A stretch of 51,476 nucleotides of DNA from the IMG/VR virus record IMGVR_UViG_3300001199_000009, positions 1 through 51,476 of that record. One strand, 5' to 3'. Positions 43,677-51,476 of the stretch are shown here, in pieces. Each line of letters opens with the position of its first letter. Position 1 is the first letter of the stretch. Origin of the DNA: a virus. The notes under the pieces are model-generated. The model worked only from the letters and a program-made list of their open reading frames with translations. It was not told the DNA's origin and made no database searches. A program made the position numbers and the translations under genes.

Positions 43677-45482
43677 CTATTTCTTTAAATAAAAAGAAAG
43701 ATTCTTTGTGGGTGGTGGCAAGACACCACGATGTTGCGATTTATGCTTTTTAATATTCTTTTGGAAAAGATCAAGACTATTGTGTCCCTTTTCTAAACTG
43801 AGATTGCCAAGCATCATAACGTGGTAAGGCAAAATAGGTACCTCACCACTTGAAAACGCTACAGGAACACGTTGCTTTCCCTGGGTGAGCTTCTTTAAGT
43901 ATTCAATCACCTGAGCTCCATATTCCTTTTCCATAGTCTCGAGCCACTCTTGGATACGCTTAGCGCCTGCCGCCGAATCACCATTACCAACCATACTGAC
44001 TGTGTAAGCGTTCACCACAAATGTGTCCTCGGGTACATCCGTATAGATGGAATCAGAAACACCGTCACCTGGTCCTTTTAAAAGAGCGCCACTTTTAACA
44101 AAGTCTTGCTTTTGAATATCATCTTTAGGTGTTTTTCCCCAAATTTTAGGAATAGGAACAGTGCGTCCACCCTTGTTTTTAAACTGACGATCGTTTCCAG
44201 GCAGGCTTCGTTGATCATCTTCGTAAATGTAATAAGGTTCGCCAGGCTCATTGCGGTAGGGATTAACACGCCTTTTGTAATCGGCAGGATTGAGACGTGC
44301 GTTTAATCCTAATCTCTCGCGTGATCTTTCTTCTTTTTCTTCCTCTCGCCTTCTAAATTCTTCCTCTATCTTCATCCTTTCCTTGTAATTGTCTTTATCG
44401 GCTTTGTGAGCTAGCAAACCCGAAATACCTTGAAGAGCCATCGGTGCCATAGCTAGAAAGTTAGAACCACCACCTCCACCGAAACCAAGTGATCCAGGAA
44501 CCCCACCACCGCCTCCTGCGGCGCCAGGCAACGTGCCCATCAAGTTTTGACCAGTCTGTGAAGTGTAAGAAGTTATGCCTGGAGCAGAAACGGTATTACC
44601 ACCAGCACCACCCATGCCACCCATAAGTGCACCTGCACCAGCAGCTTGGGGAGCTGCCCAATTACTCATAGTCTGACCCAGAGCACCCATGCCTGGAATG
44701 CCGCTTTGACCTAAAGCAGCGCCCATTTGACCAAAACCTGGAATGTGCGGAGCTAACATTTGAGCACCCCATGTTAGAGCGCCCGCTTTTCCGGCCTGCC
44801 CTAGCCAATCTTGAGGCTTTCGACCCGTAAGAGCTGAGCCAAGCGCACTACCGCCTGCTGCGCCAAGGGGTCCACCCATAACAGCACCCGCTACGGTCGT
44901 TGCTACACGAACAACTTCACGAACAGGATTGGATTTAAAGGGGCGGGAAATTTCTTTAAAGACTTTGTTAAAAACATTTCCAAACTCGGGGAGCCCCGTA
45001 ATTTTGTTAATGTTTTCTCCACCACGTTGTGTATTTAAAAGATAAATCATGTTCTGAGGCATCAGAACAATCAAACTATCTCCACCATCCCCCGCTCTGG
45101 CCATCTCTTTAATCCCCCGCATGTCATCGCCAGGGGCTGGCATGAAAGGAATTTCCTTAGTAAGGCTTGATCCAATTTCATGAAAATGATCCATTTCGGG
45201 AGATTCTTGGCCAGACTCATCCTGTTGAATAGCATTAATGTATAGCTGCCTAAATTCAGGATCGTTTTTGAGCTTTTCGCCCAAAGGTGCATAACTTCTG
45301 ATGGGAATTTCATCATCAATGAAAGGCATTCCATGCCCTTCAGGGTTCTGCATCAAATCAAAAGATTTAGCCTCATCTCTGCGAAGATGAACCATTTTTA
45401 GTTCTGTGTTCTCAAATGTCTCCTCATCTTGTGGAAGAGAAGACATGTTAAGGGAAGGATCGTTTTCTGGCGATTTGTACAT
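43677..45482 (-). CDS. Gly-rich virion protein (601 aa), paralog of 45510..46565 in its N-terminal domain
   Basis: GDGGDSLIVLMPQNMIYLLN...NKITGLPEFGNVFNKVF parallels GRFGDTCLAIIGPRTRAAMD...NPTTGFPEYFSLGNIFSGI. A long Gly/Ala/Met low-complexity core follows. Confidence 0.55.
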   Translation of the reverse strand: MYKSPENDPSLNMSSLPQDEETFENTELKMVHLRRDEAKSFDLMQNPEGHGMPFIDDEIPIRSYAPLGEKLKNDPEFRQLYINAIQQDESGQESPEMDHFHEIGSSLTKEIPFMPAPGDDMRGIKEMARAGDGGDSLIVLMPQNMIYLLNTQRGGENINKITGLPEFGNVFNKVFKEISRPFKSNPVREVVRVATTVAGAVMGGPLGAAGGSALGSALTGRKPQDWLGQAGKAGALTWGAQMLAPHIPGFGQMGAALGQSGIPGMGALGQTMSNWAAPQAAGAGALMGGMGGAGGNTVSAPGITSYTSQTGQNLMGTLPGAAGGGGGVPGSLGFGGGGGSNFLAMAPMALQGISGLLAHKADKDNYKERMKIEEEFRRREEEKEERSRERLGLNARLNPADYKRRVNPYRNEPGEPYYIYEDDQRSLPGNDRQFKNKGGRTVPIPKIWGKTPKDDIQKQDFVKSGALLKGPGDGVSDSIYTDVPEDTFVVNAYTVSMVGNGDSAAGAKRIQEWLETMEKEYGAQVIEYLKKLTQGKQRVPVAFSSGEVPILPYHVMMLGNLSLEKGHNSLDLFQKNIKKHKSQHRGVLPPPTKNLSFYLKK

Positions 45483-45509
45483 CGTTATTAACCTCTCATC
45501 TTACCTGAC

Positions 45510-46565
45510 TTATTGCATTTGTGGGCCATACGACTGAGGCTGAGTGAGGTACGAAGCACCTTGTCTCATGGCACCCATCGGTGACGCACCTTGGCTATAA
45601 GCTTGGTAAGCGTTTTGCGCGGCTTGAGCTGCTGGGCCAAATCCACCTGTTTGCTGAAAAGCGTTCTGCATGGAAGGCATAAATCCTTGACCTTGGTGCA
45701 TGTTGTTCGCAAAGTTGCTTATACCTTGGCCCATAGGTGAGTTACCAAAAACGTGAGGCGCTGAATGCGCAAACATCTGAGATGCAGCCTGGTTCATAGG
45801 CATGCCTTGAGACATGTTATTAACCATGCTTCCAAGATTCTGCCCAAGAGCGGCAGCAGATGGGTGGTTTGCGCCTTGAGGTGATAAGTTTTGGCCGAAC
45901 TGATTGAAAACTTGCTGACCCATTCCACCTAAAGCGTTTCCAGCAGCACCACCCAATTGCTCACCTAATGCAGCACCAGCTGGACCGCCAACGCTAGCGC
46001 CGAGCGCACCACCAGCCAGAGGGCCAAGTGCCCCTAGAACGCCTGGTAGGGCTTGGCCTGCCGCACTGAAAAGACCGCCGCCTATGTTCTTAAGCATGCC
46101 ACCAAGACCGCCTGTGATGCCGCTTAATGCGTTTCCAATGCCACCTGTAAGACCGCTAAAGGCATTACCAATGCCACTAAAGATGTTACCCAAGCTAAAA
46201 TATTCAGGAAAACCAGTTGTAGGGTTGGATGATCCGGCCGTTGGGCACAACATATCCATGGCAGCACGCGTGCGAGGACCAATAATGGCTAGGCATGTGT
46301 CACCAAAACGACCCGATTCCCTGGCAGATTCAATCTCTTCTGTAGACATACGATCAATACCGACACGGCCGCCTTTAGAAAAATGCTGACGTGAGTAGCT
46401 CAAAAACGAGCGCAAAAAATCCGGATTTTCAAAGGCCTTCTCTAATCCGTTTGTGTAGATACGAACACCAGGGTTCCCGTCCCACAACTGAGAAAAGCTT
46501 TGTAGTTTATCCAAAACATCACATTCTTGTGATGAGGCGTGAACGATATGATATGACTGCGACAT
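45510..46565 (-). CDS. Gly-rich virion protein (351 aa), paralog of 43677..45482 in its N-terminal domain
   Basis: AGAGGAA SD. GIGNAFSGLTGGIGNALSGITGGLGG repeats. Gln/Met/Gly-rich tail. Confidence 0.55.
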   Translation of the reverse strand: MSQSYHIVHASSQECDVLDKLQSFSQLWDGNPGVRIYTNGLEKAFENPDFLRSFLSYSRQHFSKGGRVGIDRMSTEEIESARESGRFGDTCLAIIGPRTRAAMDMLCPTAGSSNPTTGFPEYFSLGNIFSGIGNAFSGLTGGIGNALSGITGGLGGMLKNIGGGLFSAAGQALPGVLGALGPLAGGALGASVGGPAGAALGEQLGGAAGNALGGMGQQVFNQFGQNLSPQGANHPSAAALGQNLGSMVNNMSQGMPMNQAASQMFAHSAPHVFGNSPMGQGISNFANNMHQGQGFMPSMQNAFQQTGGFGPAAQAAQNAYQAYSQGASPMGAMRQGASYLTQPQSYGPQMQ

Positions 46566-46598
46566 GTAAGTGTTCCTCTGCTAAGTTATTTTTCTAAC

Positions 46599-46853
46599 TT
46601 AGATAGATAACAATTGATAAATTGTTTCGGATGCCCACCGACGCCAATCTTTGTTGTGAGGATAAATTTTACGACTTGGATACGGAATAAAGGGATACTG
46701 ATTGCTTGAATTGAAGTACACAAGATTTGCCCATTCTTGCCAGTTTTCCTCAGTTTCAGAGGCAACAGGCCAGTTCAATTCAGGACGCAGAAAAGATTGT
46801 TGATTAGCCCACTTATTAAAAGAAATCCCATAAGGAACAACAACAGTGCTCAC
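46599..46853 (-). CDS. Hypothetical Trp-rich small protein (84 aa)
   Basis: Start overlaps the upstream stop by 4 nt. Confidence 0.5.
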   Translation of the reverse strand: MSTVVVPYGISFNKWANQQSFLRPELNWPVASETEENWQEWANLVYFNSSNQYPFIPYPSRKIYPHNKDWRRWASETIYQLLSI

Positions 46854-48403
46854 GCGGCGGCCGCTCCCCTTTGAATGCCATGTAACGTTTTGCCACCCTC
46901 AAAATAACCGCCTACAACATTGCTTCGAATTTGAACAGAAACAAGTCGCCCTTGTGTGGGTGAAATATCAATGTATTCCGTCGATTGATCAAATGTGTAT
47001 GTGTCAGAAAAAATGTCAGAACTCTGTGCATACATTTTATTTATAATGTTTAGCTCCATTGTTCCTTTTAAAACAAAATCCGGCTCAACACGAAACGTTT
47101 GCATGCAAATGTTGTTTTCTGCCGACGGCTGCGCTGAAAAAAAGTTCTTATAAGGATAGATAACAAAAGCATCAATAGCCTCGGAGTAGTTATTAAACAC
47201 ATCATCATACCCATACTCATGCTGAAATATCGGATACGTAGAAATGATTGTGTTGGATGTTAAAATTGTTTTGTATATCTTTGTGGATGGCATAATACGG
47301 TAATCATAGGTGGACAGAGACAAAGCCACTGACCTTTCCATGGGTGAGTCGGCCCAAGCTCTTGATTGTGGGTAATACATAATCATGTAATTGTTTTCTG
47401 ATGCGCTCACGCCCTTTGGAAACAAAAAGCATATTTCGTCATTCAGTTCATCAACAAAACCTGCAATCTTAGCCTTGTAATCACGGTTAACACCTGTTGT
47501 TGTGTCAAAAAACCAATTGTTGTTCATGATGTTATCAAGTCGACCAACAGAACCGTTATAAACGTAAAATTGTCCTTTTCCTACCCAATAAACAATGTTT
47601 TGATAAACAACAATGCTTTTTGATGACCAAATGGAAATGTTGGGGGAAATTTCACTAATGTCAAATATTCCAAGTTCTGCATCTCCTGGGACATATTGAG
47701 CGCGATACAAGCCATCCAGCGTCCACAAAAGAAGCGAGCCTTGATAGTTAATGACAGCACAACACTTTGTTCTACCAAATGTTTCCCAGGCACTCCAGTG
47801 TGTAACATCGGATGTTAAACAAAATCTAATGCCTTCGTTCCCATAAACAACAATAAGGTTGTTGGAAGTTGCAATAACACCACCGCTACAAGTTATAGGG
47901 CCAACTGGTCCATCCCCCGTTAAGGACTCAAATTGTACAAAGGGTGCATTTGAGTTTTTGGAACCGTAAAAGACTGGCCCGTCTGTCTCAGTCGTGATGT
48001 CATTTAAATTGGGCGAAACCTGTGCAATAACAACAGGTACAGCACCGCCGCTTGTTAGAGTCGTTGCTGTAAAAGACCAGAGGTTCTCACCATTCGGCGT
48101 AAAGCCGACAACAGGCGTGCGTGTTATTTCGCCTGTTACTGCTCCATTGTTGGTGATATTAAAATAATTGAGAGACGAAGGCCTGCCTAAATAAACGTCA
48201 TAGGATTGCGAATTTGGGTTGCCGAAAATACTTCCTACAACTTCCTCTGTTCCTTGAAGAATATCAGCCCATCCAAGCATCTTTTGGGGCCATCCGTGAT
48301 AAAAACGGCAATATTGTCCTGCAATAAAATTGTCACTGTGAAATGATGTTCCATCCCTTTGAATGCCAGGTTTTGCCCCTAATACTATGGGTATAATGTT
48401 CAT
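46850..48403 (-). CDS. Virion structural protein (517 aa), possibly a tail tube/nozzle-type beta-rich protein
   Basis: Beta-rich composition. Its N-terminal GIQRDGTSF...GQYCRFYHGWPQKMLGW block recalls podovirus tail proteins from memory only. Lies in the tail gene block. Confidence 0.35.
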   Translation of the reverse strand: MNIIPIVLGAKPGIQRDGTSFHSDNFIAGQYCRFYHGWPQKMLGWADILQGTEEVVGSIFGNPNSQSYDVYLGRPSSLNYFNITNNGAVTGEITRTPVVGFTPNGENLWSFTATTLTSGGAVPVVIAQVSPNLNDITTETDGPVFYGSKNSNAPFVQFESLTGDGPVGPITCSGGVIATSNNLIVVYGNEGIRFCLTSDVTHWSAWETFGRTKCCAVINYQGSLLLWTLDGLYRAQYVPGDAELGIFDISEISPNISIWSSKSIVVYQNIVYWVGKGQFYVYNGSVGRLDNIMNNNWFFDTTTGVNRDYKAKIAGFVDELNDEICFLFPKGVSASENNYMIMYYPQSRAWADSPMERSVALSLSTYDYRIMPSTKIYKTILTSNTIISTYPIFQHEYGYDDVFNNYSEAIDAFVIYPYKNFFSAQPSAENNICMQTFRVEPDFVLKGTMELNIINKMYAQSSDIFSDTYTFDQSTEYIDISPTQGRLVSVQIRSNVVGGYFEGGKTLHGIQRGAAAA

Positions 48404-50001
48404 GAGAAAGTTGCCCCGTACAATTCAACATTTAAATAAGAAACACCAGTAGCAGACGCAAGGTCACTTGAAATGTTCATCTGACCCGTACCGCCGCCGA
48501 CGATCCCTATTATTCGGTAATTAACTGTGCTGTAGGGGCCTCCTCCACCAATATCATCCACAATGTATATGGGAACGGGTATTAAGTCCTGATCTGTATA
48601 CGCCCCCGCGCGAGCTGAATAAACATTCACAGCTCCTTGCGCAGAAAGATTCCCAAATGCTCCACCATCAAATGAACGTTGTGCTTGTAATACGAGCGTA
48701 TTAGCAGCAGGTGGTCCAATTTGAAGAACGCCTTGAATCACCGCGAACCCAGATATGTTCCCCATGCTCAATTGCAAATCAAATAATGTTGTTGGAACTA
48801 CGTCTATAGCCGTGGCCGTACTGTCGAAGTCCACTATGTTTTCTAAAATAGCCACGCCTCCCCATGTGGAAGTGCCCGCCCTAGAAATGGGAAATTGACC
48901 GTCACCTGTTGGAATAGGGTACAAAATATCAACAGGGTACATTGAAGCTTCGGCTGCGTTAACGTAAAAATTTGTGGCCAATTCATTTCCTAAAACGAAT
49001 GTATTGCCAATAGGGGCAGCATTGGTACCTGCGCTTAAGATAATGTCAAAAGCAGAGTTTGTTAGATTGTGCACCGTCCATTGGTTGTTCGCTATGCCAA
49101 AATAAACCGTAACTGGCGCAGCAATCGCACCCGACGCGCTCAAAACAATAATTTCATAACTTAAATTTTGGGTAGACAAATCATAAAACGTTACATCTAC
49201 GGGGATGTCGACCGTTACAAGCGATGTAACTGAGCCTGTGTTAAAGGGAAGGCCGACGGTTGTGTAATCTGAGGCCCCATCAAATTGCACCATGCATGAA
49301 GCACCTGGCAACAAATCCAATGCAGCACTAGAGTTAATAAAAAGAGTTGGATTACATTGAAGATTAACAATAACTGAATTGTTATTGTAAATATAGAAAA
49401 AGAAACCGTTAGTTGTTGTGACGGGCGGAAGATTAACAAGCGTACAACCAGTCTCTGGGATCAAAAGCTTGCCCCAATGATCTATTACAATATCAAAATC
49501 CGTTGAGAAAGTTACACTTGCAAAATCAACGTTTAGGGTTTCAGGATTAGGTGGATTAGGTAATGCAATAAGACCGTAACCAGCTAATGTTTCAGCGTTT
49601 GTACCAGACACTGCCGCACCGAACAAAAGAAATAGCCATATACCAGCCGATGTTGAGCTATCGGCCAATGTGACAGCGTACGTCAACCCCGCTTCCATTG
49701 TAAAAACTGGGATGCCATCAAAGTCCAAAACGTCAATATTGGTTGCCCCAAGGTTCCACATGATAAAGGCTTGACCTGTTGCTGCTTCTGTTGCGTTTGG
49801 CAGCTGAACTGTTCCTGGATCATCGAGACACAAAAAGGTCATTGTTGTTCGAACAGGGTTACCTGTGCTGGTAAAGCTAAACGGCCAGAACAAAGACAAA
49901 GTTGTGCCTAGCGTCCAGTTAATGTCGCTTATATAGGATATGTAGGTAGCATCACCAGGTTGTATAGGGTTACCCCCAAAAGTAAAATTTGGACCGCTCA
50001 T
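48400..50001 (-). CDS. Virion structural protein (533 aa)
   Basis: Translationally coupled (4-nt overlaps at both ends). Beta-rich. Function unknown. Confidence 0.55.
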   Translation of the reverse strand: MSGPNFTFGGNPIQPGDATYISYISDINWTLGTTLSLFWPFSFTSTGNPVRTTMTFLCLDDPGTVQLPNATEAATGQAFIMWNLGATNIDVLDFDGIPVFTMEAGLTYAVTLADSSTSAGIWLFLLFGAAVSGTNAETLAGYGLIALPNPPNPETLNVDFASVTFSTDFDIVIDHWGKLLIPETGCTLVNLPPVTTTNGFFFYIYNNNSVIVNLQCNPTLFINSSAALDLLPGASCMVQFDGASDYTTVGLPFNTGSVTSLVTVDIPVDVTFYDLSTQNLSYEIIVLSASGAIAAPVTVYFGIANNQWTVHNLTNSAFDIILSAGTNAAPIGNTFVLGNELATNFYVNAAEASMYPVDILYPIPTGDGQFPISRAGTSTWGGVAILENIVDFDSTATAIDVVPTTLFDLQLSMGNISGFAVIQGVLQIGPPAANTLVLQAQRSFDGGAFGNLSAQGAVNVYSARAGAYTDQDLIPVPIYIVDDIGGGGPYSTVNYRIIGIVGGGTGQMNISSDLASATGVSYLNVELYGATFS

Positions 50002-50666
50002 TTCTCCACCTCATTTCTTATAAGGAAATAATCACCAATATCACCAACAAGGCGATTGTCTTGTTTCTTCATTGAATCCATTGATTCTTTAAATCTATTT
50101 TTCCAAATGTCTGCTTCGTTGTAGTTTTGTAAAAAGAAATTGGCTTCCATGACTGCGGCATTCATAACAGCATCGGGATTATAGCGAGTTAGAAAGTTCT
50201 GCTGGTTACTGTCGGATAACAAGTCCGGTATCTGGTAGTATCCTATCGTATAGGGGTATGCCTGATCTGGTGTTGGAACAAAACGCCACTGGGAATACTC
50301 CATATCAGAGTATTGCTGGGGCACCCCTTCGCTTGTGTTGTCTTGGTCAAACTGAGAACAATACGTCCATATTCTTTTCTTTAAACGCTGGTAGTTGTTG
50401 AACTCAGTTTGGTAAGGATTGTTGAAATACGTCCCAAAAGAAAACGTTACCAACCAATCAAAAGGCTTCTCAATGAACTGTTGTCCAGGAATAAAAAACC
50501 CATCCATAAACTTTTGAAACCCAACAATGTTAAGCTCGCGGCAAATGGTTCGTTGTCCCAACATGATAAATGTATTGATGTTTGTATCAACACGAGGGTC
50601 CGTTCTGTTCAGCGCCCCTATAACGTAATTTTTAACGTCATCGTAATTTATTTGATTAGCAGACAT
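49998..50666 (-). CDS. Virion structural protein (222 aa), possibly an adaptor/connector-like protein
   Basis: Helical N- and C-terminal parts. Lies immediately downstream of the tail fibre gene. Confidence 0.4.
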   Translation of the reverse strand: MSANQINYDDVKNYVIGALNRTDPRVDTNINTFIMLGQRTICRELNIVGFQKFMDGFFIPGQQFIEKPFDWLVTFSFGTYFNNPYQTEFNNYQRLKKRIWTYCSQFDQDNTSEGVPQQYSDMEYSQWRFVPTPDQAYPYTIGYYQIPDLLSDSNQQNFLTRYNPDAVMNAAVMEANFFLQNYNEADIWKNRFKESMDSMKKQDNRLVGDIGDYFLIRNEVEK

Positions 50667-50686
50667 TAAAATAAATCTAATCCTTT

Positions 50687-51476
50687 CTAGTTTGGATTAA
50701 CTATTTGCCAGTAAACATCAACCGAGGTGGCTTGGCCCGCTCCGCCCACCAAGAAAACAGTTATATTAAACGAAGTAGCGTTTACACGCCCTGCGGCGGG
50801 AGCAGTAATAATAGGAGCCGTTACAATACCTCCGCCTGCCATATCCGCGATTGTGAGATTAATAATGGAAGAAGTCGTAACGGCTGTGGAGTTAATTGTT
50901 GTTGTGCCTGAAATTCCAGTAGCCAGACCAACAGTTGCTGCCGCTCCAGAATTCTTATTCGTTGATGTCCATGCAGGTATACCGGAGGCAACTGTATATA
51001 CTTGGCCAGTCGTACCAATAGCTAAACGTGCGTTTGTAGAACCAGCCGTTCTGTAAATCGTATCGCCTGTGGTCGTCGTTGGCGCGAGAGCATTAAAACC
51101 AGCTGAGGCCGTTGTTTGGCCTGTGCCGCCCTTTGCTACAGATAAAGTATTTATAGTTAATGTAATGGTCCCTGAATTGTTAATAGGTGATCCACTAACA
51201 GTAATAAACGAATTTGACGAGGAGACGCCCACGGAGGCATTCACCCAACGTGGCAAAACACTTGGCCCAACTACTTGGCATGATAAAACTTTGCCAGGAA
51301 AATCATTGAGTAGAGCCACCCAAGATGAGGTGGAAGCTTGGTAATAAAGCATGTCCCCGTCCAACCCCGCAGGGGCGAGAGCATCAAATGCATCTGAGGC
51401 CGTTATTTGACCTGTTCCGCCAAGAGTAATAGGTAGCGTGTTAATGGTCATGGCAAGCGTGCCAGAGGTCGTAACA
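50687..51476 (-). CDS. Tail fibre, C-terminal part (continuation of the ORF that starts at nt 809; nt 51426-51476 duplicate nt 1-51)
   Basis: Repeated module ...ITxxGSPxxxSGTxxxTINTLxxxxGGTGQxTASxxFxALAP... occurs at the junction and again internally. Stop at 50687. Confidence 0.75.
   Translation of the reverse strand, partial: VTTSGTLAMTINTLPITLGGTGQITASDAFDALAPAGLDGDMLYYQASTSSWVALLNDFPGKVLSCQVVGPSVLPRWVNASVGVSSSNSFITVSGSPINNSGTITLTINTLSVAKGGTGQTTASAGFNALAPTTTTGDTIYRTAGSTNARLAIGTTGQVYTVASGIPAWTSTNKNSGAAATVGLATGISGTTTINSTAVTTSSIINLTIADMAGGGIVTAPIITAPAAGRVNATSFNITVFLVGGAGQATSVDVYWQIVNPN
51426..51476. repeat. Terminal direct repeat (right copy), identical to nt 1-51
   Basis: Direct comparison of both ends of the window. 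Confidence 0.9.

Noticed and set aside
1-51476. tRNA, rRNA, CRISPR, integrase, transposase or reverse-transcriptase (DGR/retron) genes
   Set aside because: Reading of all intergenic regions and ORF translations showed no tRNA-like GC-rich cloverleaf segments and no recombinase, transposase or RT motifs. A tRNAscan or HMM run would be needed to exclude them formally.

Overview
The window is a closed genome, not a chromosomal fragment. Nt 1-51 are identical to nt 51426-51476, so the unique unit is 51,425 bp, and a tail-fibre gene reads in frame across that junction. The content is a tailed-phage or phage-plasmid-like element. A very long minus-strand late operon carries the large terminase, portal, putative scaffold and capsid, many unassignable virion proteins, a repeat-built tail fibre, two Gly-rich paralogs and two giant (1095 and 963 aa) internal/ejection-like proteins. 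No tail sheath, tube or tape-measure set is recognisable, so a short-tailed architecture is suggested but unproven. The regulatory and accessory half holds the unusual cargo. (1) A full-length GroEL/Cpn60 chaperonin with intact ATPase motifs. (2) Four tandem, translationally coupled BspA/TpLRR-type leucine-rich-repeat genes differing by whole 25-aa units (6, 7, 5, 8). (3) Three ImmA/IrrE (DUF955) paralogs, only one of which keeps HEXXH; the two degenerate copies are fused in operon to a phage sigma-70-family factor and to the LRR array. (4) An orphan type I methyltransferase (HsdM+HsdS, no HsdR) inserted antisense into the late operon, with 12-bp slippage-prone repeats in hsdS. (5) A stand-alone OmpR/PhoB winged-helix protein where a small terminase would be expected. 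(6) Two adjacent SSB-type OB-fold proteins. (7) A putative Rep protein with 39-40 bp iterons, plus a second non-coding hub with DnaA-box-like heptamers. I found no integrase, partition system, DNA polymerase, primase, helicase, tRNA or CRISPR array. The host cannot be determined from the sequence. All functional calls rest on motif recognition by eye, and no database search was possible.
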